Positions 23,934-37,007 of a DNA stretch of 64,000 nucleotides are shown piece by piece. Both the position numbers and the translations under genes were made by a program. The notes under the pieces are model-generated. The model ran no database searches and was not told the origin of the DNA. It worked only from the letters and a program-made list of their open reading frames with translations. The stretch is from Mobula hypostoma (taxonomy: Eukaryota). Positions within the stretch are counted from its first letter, which is position 1; each line of letters begins with the position of its first letter. The DNA lies in NCBI RefSeq assembly GCF_963921235.1, contig NC_086118.1, positions 18,230,001 through 18,294,000 on the forward strand, written 5' to 3'.

Positions 23934-26900
23934 CATCTTTACTCTTATGCTGTAAGTATTTCATTTAGCAGTTCTGTAAGAGCTGCTGTTCTGCTTTTAG
24001 CCTGTTTGGGTTATTGTTGAAGATAAGGGATGATGTGGAATGTGTGCCATCCAATCAGCAGGAGGTTTTCTTGGTGAGGGACAATAAGGTTGGGCTCGGG
24101 GTTTCTTTTGTTCGAGAGGAGATGAAGAGAGAAGATGCTGCAGAGAACTGGTTGTAGCATATGGTCTGGTGGGAGACCTGTTTGTTCAAGATGGATTGCG
24201 AGTGACACTCGGAAGGTGGTGTGTGCTTTCACATTGACCGAGAAAGTTCAAGATGAACTCCAACTTGTGCGCATTTGACTGTTTAATTAGAATGGGCCCT
24301 TTTCTTTATGTTATTCTTTACTAACCCTTTAGTTAAGATTCATAAATATGATTCCTTTAATTGTATGCAGTGTTCTGTCTGTTATTTTGTGGCATTAATT
24401 TGTAACAGGGTAGCAACTGTCACAGCTCCACACAAACCGGGGTTTGGGGTGAGATCAAGCACGCCTCAATCTCATGAGTTTGGTGGGGCCGGAGGTTGTC
24501 TTCCCTAGACTTACACAGCCAAAGACACCGGGGTGTTTCATTATGGGGGCTCATCCGGGATCAATTTTGTTGGATGCTGTGTGATTGCCCTGAGCAGTGA
24601 TCATTGGGTTGTGTGCTTAAATCTGTGTTAAACTATTGGTCCACAAAGTGATTACAATATGTGATTATGGATGCTGCAGGGATGGAGTGGAGGTTTGATA
24701 AAATGGTGGGCAAAGACTTCGTACAAGTTCACACTAGCATTGATGTAACGGCAGTGGATCTGCCTGGTACTATTGGGGCCCTGGGGCGGGGGGCTGTTGG
24801 CTGTTCATACTTCCTGGGAGCAAGGGTGCAGAATCGGGAGCTGAGTTTCTTGTAGCTGGGGCCGGAGATTTTGAAGTCGAGTTGCTCTCGTTTCTGCAGA
24901 GTGAGTGGAAGGAGTGGTCTGATGAAGAAGGTCTAATGAGTCCTCCAGTGAAGACTGAGCATTCTGAGTTGGCAGCAACCTTACCTCTCTGGCGAATAAA
25001 TGGCAAAATGCCGAGGCTCAAAGTCCCAGCTATCGTAGGCTTAGCCTGTTCTCAAGAATGAAGCCCACCTCTAAAGGGGAAGAGGAGTATGAAACTTGGG
25101 CAGAGCGGTTGCTGGATAAGTGGCAGTCCCCTGATGATGGAAAAAGACAGCAATTGGTAAAAGGTCTACATGCAGCCTACATACAAGTGCTAAAAAAGAA
25201 GTTTGGCATGATGGGAAGCCCATTGGACCTCATGATGGGGTTTCAGAACATGTGTCAGGAGGAAGCAGAAAAGCTTTCTGTCTACATTTCTCGGCTGGAG
25301 AGGCAGCTAAATTACTTGCGGCGTAGGGGGACCATTCAAATGGCTGAGTTGAATCAGTTAAGAATGGACCAAGTGGCAAAGGGCGCCCATTCACCGGTCC
25401 TGATCGCTTGGGATCCCCGAATGTCTTGTAAGACGTTCCCCCCTCCCTCGTTTGTCAGCTGATCAGAGAAATAAGAGAGGAGGAGAATGCAATGGAGGCA
25501 CAGGAGGCCTCTGTCCGCAGAGTATAGTCCTCGGTAGTTGTCCCCTTGGCTGAGGTGATCACTGATAACCCACTCCAGGGCGTGGTGAAGGAGCTTGTGG
25601 CAGAGTTTAGGACTGAGATGTCCTGGTTGTTATCAGTGGGTGCGGCCCCCTCCGTATGACAGAGCTGATTGGGAGGTGGACCCCTAACGGGATGTACTAC
25701 ACAGAGGGCTGCTGGGGCCAGGGTCACATGAGAAGGGGAGCATCCAGTATTGTCTGTTATAACTGTGGTGAAGAGGGACACTTAAGGCGGGAGTGTGAAT
25801 GACTGGAAACCTCTCGGAGAGTGAGCCCCCGGGTACCTAAGCAAAGAGATGCAGTGAGGGAATGGCCTGGCATCTCAGGGGAACACATTCCCAGCAATAT
25901 ATTAAGGAACCCCCTAAAGCAAAAAACCCTATTCCTGAAGGCTTAGTGGGGCCAAGCTCCAGTGTATTGCTACGGATTGAGGGTATTTATGCTAGAGCCA
26001 TACTTGACACTGGCTCTCAGATTACTGTGCTGTACCATTCGTTTCACAACCAGTATTTGACGCATTTACCATTAACGACACTCAGTGTGCTAGAGGTCTT
26101 GGGTCTTAGTACAGACGACTATCTGTATGATGGTTACTTGTCATTGAAGCTGGAGTTTCGGGAGGCAGATGCGGGCGTTGCTGAGGTCATTGATACATGA
26201 GTGCTCGTTTGTCCGGACCTGGTGGAAAGGAATGAAGCTTCAATTTTTGTGAGGATGAATACTCCTATTGTGAGGTGGCCAGTGGGAGCCTACAAGGAGA
26301 GAGTTGGAGAGAGCTTTCTGAAAACATTGTTCATTCACCCGGTGTTTTGAGCTGCTTTTGATGAAGTGCGTGGCCACACTGAGCTGGATGATGGGCATAA
26401 ACGAGGGACTGTGTGGTTCACCTAGTCTAAACCAGTCGTGTTACGGCCTGAGGAAGTAGCGAGAATGATGGGAAACCCCAAATTTCCCAGAATGCTTGAG
26501 GCCGAGGCCCTCCTGGTGGATGCTACAGAAGACCATGAAGAGGAGAAGAGGAGTCAGGCTTACCTGCTGGGGTACTGGTGAGGCCCGAACTGCAGAAGCC
26601 CTTGGTTGTACAGGTGAATGGGATGACATTGAGCATCAGCAACACTTCAGATTGGGAGGGCACCCTCAGGCAGGGGATGCCAGTGGTACGCCTCTTCCCA
26701 GTGATGGTAACGTCTAGTGTCCCTGTGAGACAAGCTGTGGAGAAACTCTCTCCAAAAAGAGGAAAGATGACTGCCGAGTCAGTCAACTTTGAGGACTCCC
26801 CGGTGCCTGGAGGTTGAAAGAGGAGGTTGATAGAGAAAATGTTGAAGCTGGAATATGTCTTTTCTACTGACGGGTTTGGTGCAGGTTGTTCCAAGAGCAC

Positions 26901-29900
26901 TCGCCACACCATCCAGGTGACAGAGGACACCCCGTTCAGAGGTCATGGCGACTGGCACCTGCAGGGGTGGAGGATGTGCGGCAGCACCTGCGGAAGTTGA
27001 CGGAGGCTGGGATCATCACTGAGTCCAGAAGCCCTTACGCGTCTCCAATAGTGGTGGCCAGGAAGAAGATCGGGAAGGTACGGATGTGTGAGGACTATTG
27101 GACTCTGAACAGGTGTACAGTCCCCAACCAGTATACAGTTCTGAGAATCAAGGACACCTGGCCTGCTTAAATGGTGCGACATGGTTCAGTGTGTTGGACT
27201 TGAGGAGTGAGTATTACCAGATACACATAAGTGAGGCTGATAAAGCGAAGACTTATCTGAAGTATGAGTCTGATATGAGAAAAGAGCTGAAAAAGGCTTA
27301 TGAATTAGCTGAGGTCTCGGCTGCTACCAAGTAGAATCAAAGAAATAAGAGGAGGTAAGATCAAAAGGTTTGGTTCTCCCAACTCATGCCTGGAGACCGA
27401 GTCCGCATCAAGAGTTTGGGGCTAACTGGGAAGCATAAGCTGGCTGACTACTGGGTGGCTACACCCTATGTAGTGGAGAGTCAGATGCCAAATGTAGCAG
27501 TCTGCTGGGTGAAACCAGAGGATGGGAATGGGCCTGTCAAGATTCTCCATTGCAACCACCTTCTAACTCTGGGACAAGAGGTGCGTGTTGACCCGGAGTC
27601 TGACCTAGACCCTACACCTAGTAAGAGGACTCTGTGGCAACGTGGAGAGACTGAAGAATCAGCAGCAGGAAGGATTAAACTGGTGCCCATCCCTGAATGG
27701 GATACGAACTCGGAGGATGAAAAAATGAGGGTGTGGTATTTGCTGCTTTTCGCCTACTCCCCAATAATTGAGAAAGAGATTCCCAACCTTTCTGACGCTA
27801 AGGTAGGTGAAAAGGTGAAATGGGGGGAATTAGCAGTGCTCAGGCAGGCTTGCAGGTGGACAATGAAGAGGGGCTGGGCTCTGAAGTAAATGGGGATGAA
27901 GCTAAGCTCAGCCAAGTGGCAGAGGGACACAAGGTTCAGGAAGGCATGATTGATAGACCGGGGGAGGCCTCACCATATAGAGCAGAATATCCCAAAGAGT
28001 GTCCGAAACTGAAGATGTCGATGATGGGATAAGGAGGTCTTAAAGAGTCAGGAGACCCCTAGAAAGGCTGGCCTATGTAGCACCAGGGAAATAGAGGGTT
28101 GTGACTATCCCCCTAGTGAGATATGTCACTACCAATTACAAAGGGATTGGAAGCTCTGACATCACGAAATTCCTTTGAAAACAATATTATTAATGACGGG
28201 ATGACAAATTATTTCAAAGTCCTGAGGACATGACTATTTGTGGTGGGGGAGAGTGTAATGCCCTGGTTTGCATCTTTACTGTTATGCTGTAGGTATTTCA
28301 TTTAGCAGCTCTGTAAGAGCAGTCTGTTTGTTTTTTAGCCTGTCTGGGTTATTGTTGAAGATAAAGGATGATGTGGAATGTGTGCCATCCAATTAGCGGG
28401 AGGTTTTCTGGGTGAGAGACAATAAGGTTGGGCATGGGTTTTTTTTTGTTCGAGAGGAGATGAAGAAAGAAGACACTGGGGAGAACCGGTCGTAGCATAT
28501 GACCCGGTGGGAGACCCGTTTGTTCAAGATGGATTGCGAACGACATTCAGAAGGTGGTGTGTGCTTTCACGTTGTCCGAGGGCCCAGTGCATGAGTGACA
28601 GAGAAGTTCAAGATGAGCTTCAACTTGTGCACATTTGACTGTTTAATTAGGATGGGTCCACCGATTGTAGACATAATTAAAGAAATGAACAAATTTCAGA
28701 TATTGTAATGTTATGTCTAACAATAGTTAAAACATAGTTGGCGACGGCCATCTTAAATTCATCTAAAGTATATTAATCATGTATTCAGAAAAGGATAAAT
28801 CCAAGCAAATAATATATTACAACTAAAGTTTAAAAAAAACTTACAAATCATAAAAAATAAATAAATATATACAAAATTTGGATATATATATGTCAAACTC
28901 AGAGCTATATTAATATTAAGGCAAGCAAGAAAAAAAATTAAATCAACCAGGTGCTGTGCGGACATCCATAAAATGTGAAACAGACTTTCTTCAAAGCAAC
29001 TATAGATATATACTAACTGTTAACAAATAATAAAATTAAATTATATCAGCCAAATCCTGTACGGACATCCATAAAACGTAGAACAGACTTTCCTCAAGGC
29101 ATCTATAAACATCTCCCAGTTTGTATTTAAGTTGCATTCAACATAGACTTAAGCCTCTTGATAAATTCCCAACCTTCTTCTGGAGAGTTGATCTTTTGTG
29201 GCTGAGAGTCAGGCGGAAAAATTATCAAACGTGCCGGATAACGAAGCGACGGACGGCATTTCATTTTATTTAATTCAGCCATCAGTCCCTCGTATTTCCT
29301 TCTTTTGGCAAAGATTTCCGGGGCAAAGTCCACCACTAAACGAATTTCTGTTGAATTGTAAATTAGCTTACCCCTTTTTCTTGCCTTTCGGAGTATAGTT
29401 TCTTAGGTTGTAAAATAATGCAGGGATAGTTCCAGTGGTCATGGGCGTAGTTCGAGTGAGGGCTTAGATTGTGGGATTCGAAAAGCTGTATCGAGTACAG
29501 GGTTTGCTTCAAGAATCTCATTAAAAAGTGAATACAGCATATCTGAAAAGAACTTTTAACAGGTCACCGGTTTCAGTATTTTCAGGCAAGCCCAATATAT
29601 GTAAGTTCCTCCTGCGCATTCTGCTATCTAAATCAATCGTTTTTTTCTTCATTTTTGATAATTCCAAAGTAACTTCATTAAGTTTCTTTTCCATAGATGA
29701 TATCTTCAATTCTTGCTCATTAATAGTTTGCCTGAATGACTCCTTTTCCCTCTCAATTTGATGAGTAGTCTGTTTAAGCGTCTGAAATTGAAAATCCAAA
29801 TTCTTCAAAGACTCTTGAACAGTAAAGATGGATTTTTCAAGCTTTCCATCAGCGTCCGTCAGTTTATCAACCTTAGTGTTAAGCGATCCAATTTCAAGTT

Positions 29901-30310
29901 TCATACCTTGTACTGAAGGGAATACTCTTTCTAAAGTAGAAAGTTCCTCCGATTTCTTTGTTCCGATTGTTCCTTTTCGGGAAGGATCTTGCCTCGTCTC
30001 AATTCAATACCGGATCGGCTTCCTGCCATCGTAGTTAGATCATAAATCCTTCAACAAAAATGGTGAATCTTCAACTTAAAAAGAACCTATCAGTAGATGT
30101 AAGGTATAAAAAGTACAGCCGTGGTGAAAAACACGTCTCACTCCATTCACTGCAAAATGGCATTAATTTGTAACAGGTTAGCAAATGACACAGCATTCAT
30201 ACAAATTGAGGTTTGGGGTAGGATCAAGCTTGCCCCAATCTCACGAGTTTGGCGGGAACGGAGGTTGTCTTCCGCTTGACTTTTGCAGCCAAGGAAACTG
30301 GGGTCATTTC
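23934..30310 (+). mobile_element. Gypsy LTR element with PNMA-like gag, decayed and internally deleted
   Basis: 5' LTR ~23934-24540; PBS tgggggctcatccgggat 24544-24561; gag RRLSLFSRMKPTSKGEEEYETW; CYNCGEEGHLRREC; protease ILDTGSQ; RT start SPYASPIVV...VLDLRSEYYQ fused to IN C-terminus PGDRV...PYVV; PPT before 3' LTR 28254-28658 + ~30157-30310. Confidence 0.88.
28660..30152 (-). mobile_element. L1-type LINE 5' portion (5' UTR, ORF1p, inter-ORF region) interrupting the Gypsy 3' LTR
   Basis: Coiled coil then DLDSRMRRRNLHILGLPE (29521-29904); DFAPEIFAKRRKY...LRYPARL (29127-29336); no ORF2. Confidence 0.82.
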
Positions 30311-30819
30311 TTATTTCTCTGATTTCTTGCCAAATCCAAATGATGGTAGGTTTATTGCTCCCTAGTGTATGGAGTAGGATGGCGTGGTGTCAGTGTGGAA
30401 GAGATGCTAGGGTGATTAGTGAACTTTAGACTGGGTTGCTGCAGAACCCAGAGTCAGTGTAGGTCAATGGAAATGGGAGTAATGGATATCAGTGGAAGAG
30501 CGAAGTGCTTTGTCCTCAAGGAAGGTAAGTTGAGAGAAGCTAACCAAGAATGCATTGGGGAAGTCAAGCCTAGATGTTACAAAGTAGGAGGAGTGAAACA
30601 ACATTACAAAGAAAGAAATAAGCAGCTTTTGTAATGGTAGAGATATATGCTTGAAAGCTTTGCCGAAGATAATACTTTGCATTGTGACCATTTAAGCAGT
30701 CCAAACCAATAATAAGGCAATGATATGAAGACAACAGGTTTACTTTCCTTAACATCAACTGTTTTGAGATTTCATCTGAGCACAAGGAAAGCACATAAAT
30801 AAAAACAATTTGTACTTAT

Positions 30820-32095
30820 AATACAAATTATCTTGACTATACTTCTTCCTACCCGGGCTCCTGTAAAAAATGCTATTGTCAGTACCGCCAGTTGAACTCT
30901 GTCTTTTTGTGTGTTTTCCCCTTAGCTGTCAGTCAGTGGTTTTGTATTGCCATGTGCTCCTGTCCCTGCTCCTGCTCCACTCCGTCCCTCACCTGCTTTT
31001 CATTATTACCTGTATTGTTGTCACCTGTGTCACAATGTGCTCCAATCTGCCTCTCTGTTTATTGCTCAGTGTATTTCAATCCTTTGTTTTCACCTGTTTG
31101 TTGCCAGATTGTGCCAGTGAATTTTCCTGAGCCTCTTCAGCATTTGTATGTGTACTCTGTCCTTCTGAATATTGACTCTGCCTGTTCCCTGATTCTGGTT
31201 TTTGGATTTCTCTGCATGATTTGATCTCTGCCTGAACTTTGATGCCGACTTTGTTTGCACCTCGAGGTTTGTTACTCAACTAATATCACTGTGTGCACAG
31301 TACTGGGTCTGCGATTGGATCCCTGCTCCAACGTCCTGACAGCTATTCACTTTTCTCTGTCCTTCGTCTCCATCGTATCTGTTCCCAGGATCCGGCTTTC
31401 CTTTCCAGGGCTCCTGGATATCAGAGATGTCCTCCTTCTTCATAGAATGGGACTTCCCTTCCTCCACCATTGATGCAGCCCTCACCCTCATCACCTCCAT
31501 TTCCTGTATATCTGCACTCACCCCACCTTCCGCCTGCTGTATATGGGATAGGGTTCCATCTGTCCTCATCTACCACCCCATGAGTCTCCATATTCAACAC
31601 ATCATCCCCTGCAATTTCCATCATCTCCACTGGGACCCTACCGCCAAACACTTCTTTATTTCTCCACCCACCTCCTACTCTTCGCTTTCCACAGTGGTCG
31701 CTCCCTCTGTGATTCCCTTGTCTATTGTCCTTCCTTACTAATCTCCTCCTGGCACATATCACTGCAAGCAACAGAAATGCTACACACGCCCAATTACCTC
31801 CTCCCTTGCCTCCTAATTGGGCCCCAAACAGTCCTTCCAGGTGAGGCAATACATCACTTACAAATCTGATGGGGTTGTCTACTTTATCTGGTGCCTTCAA
31901 TATGGTCTCCTCTACATTGGTGAGACCTGACATAACTTGAGGAACTGCTTTATCGAACACCTCCACTCCATCCTCAAAAAGCAGAGTTTCCCTGTGGTCA
32001 GCCATTTTAATTCCTATCTCCATTCCCATTCGTTACATTGGTCCATTGTCTCCACCTATGCCATGATGAGTCCACTCTAAGGTTGGAGGAGCAGC
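30820..32095 (+). mobile_element. Decayed Neptune-type PLE (RT C-terminus and GIY-YIG), split by the solo LTR
   Basis: YLDYTSS, DRVPSVLIYHP, GPKQSFQVR, LLYIGET; parallels 40530-41330. Confidence 0.82.
30877..31341. mobile_element. Solo LTR (465 bp)
   Basis: TGTCAG...CTGACA termini; 5-bp TSD GCTAT at 30872-30876 and 31342-31346; splits PLE RT at SCKNAI|. Confidence 0.88.
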
Positions 32096-32829
32096 CATCT
32101 GAATTATCGAGCAGGTGATCAATGACGATCAAAGAAATATATTTTAATTGAGGAAAGGAGGTGCCAGACATTATGGTCTCCCAGATAAAAGCAAGACAGC
32201 CAGTGGAGAGAGATTAAAGCCGTGAATGTGAAAACTGGCAAAAATTAAGAATGTGCAAGTATTTTAGAGTACAAGTAAGGCTGGAAGACGTTCTGGAGAT
32301 GGGAAGGAGCCTTAACCCAAGGAGGCATTCAAAAACAAGGATTAAAATTCTACTATTTCAGTTGCTACTAGATGATGAGCTAACATAGGTCAGTATGAAG
32401 AAAAAAGAGATGTGTGAACAGATTATCTCAGTTTTAAGAAGAAAGATGGAAGGTTGACATGAAATGTGCTGAAATAGGCCTATTAATGTCCCTGTACCCT
32501 ATTGTACACCAGATCACTCTCTCACCACTCCTCCCAAGTGGAGGTAACAAAGACATGAATGAGCTCAGGTAAGGACTGAGTGAAATAATGTTACATAGGG
32601 TAAACGGTACTACTCAAGTAGTTGCTGATGTGCAATAAATATGTATAAAATATGAAACCAATAGTACTGGTTTAATTACAAGATGATTCTGTCAGCAACA
32701 CTGTTGGATATACTATATGCCTTGCTTTTCACACCCAAGAAGCAAATAATCAATTAGATGGCCAGCACTTTGCTAAATTAGAGCTATTATCAAAGTCAAT
32801 GTTGTGTTTATTATCATTTGCACAATTAC

Positions 32830-33372
32830 ATAGTCATAGTAGTCAAAGTCATACTTTATTGATCCCGGGGGAAATTGGTTTTAGTTACAGTTGCTCCATA
32901 AATAATAAATAGTAATAGAACCATAAATAGTTAAATAGTAATATGTAAATTATGCCAGTAAATTATGAAATAAGTCCAGGACCAGCCTATTGGCTCAGGG
33001 TGTCTGACCGTCCAAGGGAGGAGTTGTAAAGTTTGATGGCCACAGGCAGGAATGACTTCCTATGATGCTCAGTGCTGCATCTCGGTGGAATGAGTCTCTG
33101 GCTGAATGTACTCCTGTGCCCACCCAGTACATTATGTAGTGGATGGGAGACATTGACCAAGATGGCATGCAACTTAGAAAGCATCCTCTTTTCAGACACC
33201 ACCGTCAGAGAGTCCAGTTCCATCCCCACAACATCACTGGCCTTATGAATGAGTTTGTTGATTCTGTTGGTGTCTGCCACCCTCAGCCTGCTGCCCCAGC
33301 ACACAACAGCAAACATGATAGCACTGGCCACCACAGACTCGTAGAACATCCTCAGCATCGACCGGCATAGGT
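32830..33372 (-). mobile_element. Rex1-like LINE 3' fragment
   Basis: ORF 32987-33409 FYESVVASAIMFAVVCWG...SHPLH...SFLPVAIKLYN; (gactat)n tail. Confidence 0.85.
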
Positions 33373-34422
33373 GCAAAGAGAAAGTTACTGGTGTCAGCAT
33401 CTCAAGCACATAGCATCAGATACTAAGCAGCATTCACAAGAAAAACCTAAACATAATTTAGACAATTCATTTTTTGCAACAAAACACAATTAGAACAACA
33501 AAACTACCTATGTACAATTCATTCAAACCTCCAAGACTTGATCTTCCACCAAACGCTCTGCTGAACACAACTCCACACTTTAAACTGCCGAAGCCTACCC
33601 CTCCCACGCCCAGGTTTATGGAACGTCATTACGGGATTCCTGGTGGCTCGTTATGGTGTTTCTTTTAAATCATCAAAGTCCAAACTTTTCAGACCAAGGT
33701 GAACTAACTTAGTTTTCTGTCCGTTTATTTTAATTATTCTCTGAGTTACATCTTCTGTTTCTTCTCATGTATTATTAGGGAAAAAGAATAACTTTGTAGT
33801 TCCTAATAATGAAGTATTAAATGCACATGAATCATGTTCATTATTTATACATGTAAAGAAATCTTCCTTTTTCTGCTGATTCTAATGAGGTCTTTGAGAA
33901 ATTTAAACAGAGTGTTGTAGGTAGAATGATGCTGTGCATAGTGGAATTAAAGCCTGACGACATTTGGAAGTGAGTGATATTTAAATACAAGTGAACATAC
34001 GCTGGAGACCATAATATATTAAGTGATAATTGGGATGGTGGTGTCCATGACTCAGTTATCCATTCTCAACCCATCATTCCATACATGACACCTGCAATAT
34101 AAGAATGGGACTGGCAGCCTAGGACAGGAACTCTTGACCAAGATGCAATACTAAATATAGAACAACTTTATTATTTGTACAACTCAGATGGAAATCTGAC
34201 CATGACAATACAGCCAAGACTAGTTATTAATCTCAGCTTCCACTGTAGAGTTACAGAATGATGTTCTGTAATTCAGTTACGACCCCACAACAATACAACA
34301 TGTCACTCATCTTGACAAATTGCAATGCAAACACACTCTAATTTTTACTAAGCAATTTAAAACTTCTACATCTAATTGAAATGGCATATCATCCTTCTCA
34401 GTTAACAGTATCTCACTAAATA

Positions 34423-36048
34423 CAGTAGATTCCAGTTAATTGGGCCATCGGTTAATCGAGGTAGCCTCCCGTTTGGGACAACTCTTAAAGAACAAGAATT
34501 AATCAAGAAAATAGCTCGGGTTATTTTTATTTATTTGGGACACTATGCCACTTAATTGGGACAGAAGACTGTTGCCAGACAATTTCTAACTAGTGACAGT
34601 TGCATGCTCTTGTTTGGCCATTACACACTATACCGTACTTAGAGCAGAGAGTTTTTAAATAGCATCAGTTGTGTGTGTTTGTGTTCAAAGAGCAATGGTT
34701 TTTGTCACTGATAGTTGGTGAGACTTCGGTGTGGAGCTTAGGAGACAATGGCGCCTAACGGCAACTCCTTTGTTTGCATCTTTGGAAACAGCTCTATTTC
34801 TATCTTTAATATCTCTATTTTTCCCTTTCAGGGTTACACGCTAGCTTCGGTTCTTTGTGGGAATGGGACCCCCTCTCGGGGTCTCACGATTGGCTGTTAT
34901 TCGATATACCAAGGACGCAGCCTAGAAGATTAGCTCGGCTTCGGAGTTTCGGAGTTTCGGGATTTCGTCGATCTGGAGGCGGGCGGACTTGAGGTCGGTG
35001 CCTCTGCAGGAAATTGGTGTGTCGTGGGAGATGGAAGATCTCTGGTTGTGTGCCCAGAGACCCAAGTTCTTTGAGCACAGAGCTCGGAAAAAGTGACACA
35101 ACGGACTTTTAACATCGTAAATCAGCTAGTTGTTTATTATATCTCTTTTTCCATTATTGGGGAGAGAGAGAGTCTGTGGTATGTCGAATTACTGGGTGAA
35201 CGAGTAGTCTTTGGGGTACTGCAAGTGTGTGTCTTTAGTGATGCATTGCTGCAAGCTTGAGTGCTCGGTGGAGGGCACCGATGCTTTTTTTGCTGGTGGG
35301 GGAGGGGGGATTGTCGCTTTGCTGCTGCTTATGTGTGGGAGGGGGGAGCTGGTGTGCGGCTTTAGAGTTCTACCATTCAACTGTTACTCATTTTGGGTTA
35401 CTCCTCTGTTTCATGGATGGTTGCAAAGAAAAAGAATTTCAGGATGTATATTGTATACTTTTCTCTGACATTAAATGTACCTTTGAAACCTTTGAAATAA
35501 GCAGTAAGATAATTCAGAACTGTTTTGCTCATTGTGGTTTCAAGCATGTCAAGCTTGGAGATGTCAGAAACCGCCGGGAATGAAAATTAAATGACTTTAC
35601 TACTTCAACAAGTTAGGGACTAGACAAATTTGAAGGTATCAACAATCATCTTGAATGTTGCAATGAAAATGAAGATTTGGAAGATTGCTTTATTGAAAGC
35701 ACTGTTTGAAGGTAGTCCATTATCTGCACTAGATGTATGCTCTAATGTTGATCATTTACAGCCAATCAAGTGAGAACTGGGTACAAACTGATTGAATTCT
35801 GCCATCGATAACTACTGGGAGCTAATATGAAGTTTTGTAATACTGTATCGGTTTTAGTAATGTTTTAATTACTATACATAACTTTTTAATACAATACATA
35901 ATGCAATACATAATTTTTACTCAGTTAAATGGTAGTTGTCTTTTTTATACTTTTTTAACTATTTCCTTGAAACTTCAGCTAATTGGGGCGGTCATTTAAT
36001 TGGGCCAAAAACTACTTCCAATGTGTCCCAATGAACTGGAATCTGCTG
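34423..36048 (+). mobile_element. pogo/Tigger-like non-autonomous DNA transposon
   Basis: TIRs CAGTAGATTCCAGTTAATTGGG / CAGCAGATTCCAGTTCATTGGG; TA on the left; remnant DSW*|EISSKIIQNCFAHCGF across the insert. Confidence 0.8.
34722..35497 (+). mobile_element. Non-coding retroposon with a short tandem tail, nested in the pogo-like element
   Basis: CpG-rich 5' part with caatggcgcc; 3' attaaa then cctttgaaacctttgaaa; interrupts the transposase remnant. Confidence 0.6.
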
Positions 36049-37007
36049 TCTATCAGCGTACTTTATGCAATCCAGCTCTACCTGGCCTCTGAACTACCTT
36101 GCATCCTGGAGCTAAGACATCAAAATACTTGCTTCAGATCCAGCCCCAGGATAAATCAATACACCTCTGCACCAATGTATCATTCCACTTTTACTAAAAC
36201 TGGAACTAAAGCCATTGGATTTTGAAAATATTTTTTAAGCAGCTCTTATAATGCTTTCATTGTCCATGTGGACTCTCTGTAACCATAGCAACTTCTGCTA
36301 AACAGCTGCTGCTGAGCTTTCTGTGGTATCAGCATCACCAACAAAGTATACTAAAATTAAATAGCAGAGATAAATTAAAAAACTAGATCTTTTCAAGTTG
36401 CTTTAAACATCCATGAATATATTACTGGTAACTATGGTAACCATCTGAACATATTCACCTATCACTTCTGAGGCGATATGATGTATACTGCAAAGCAAAT
36501 ACTCTATAATTATTACTTAAGCACATGGTGAACATTTATGGATTTCTGTAAGATCTACTGGATGTAAAAGTCATCGCATCAGAGATTGTGATCCATGTTG
36601 GTACCAATGAGTGATGATGTCCTGCAAAGTGAATTTAGGGAGTTTGGTGGTACGTTAAAGGACAGGACCTTGAGGGTTGTGATCTCAAGATAAAGGGGAA
36701 GGGTTGGCATTACTTGTCAGAGAAAATATTACAACAGTGCTCGGTCACGTCAGACTGGAGAGCTTTCTAGTAAGATTTTATGGGCAGAACTGAGGAATAA
36801 GCAAGATCTGGCCATGTTAATGGGGTTATATTATAGACCAGTCAACAGTCTGCAGAATTTAGAGGAGTAAATTTGTAGAGAGATCACAGACTGTTGCAAG
36901 AAACATAGGTTGTGGTAATAGGTGATTTTAACTTTCTACACATTGACCTGGAATCCCATTCTATAAAAGAGCTGGATGGGAAAGAGTTTGTCAAATGTGT
37001 TCAGGAA

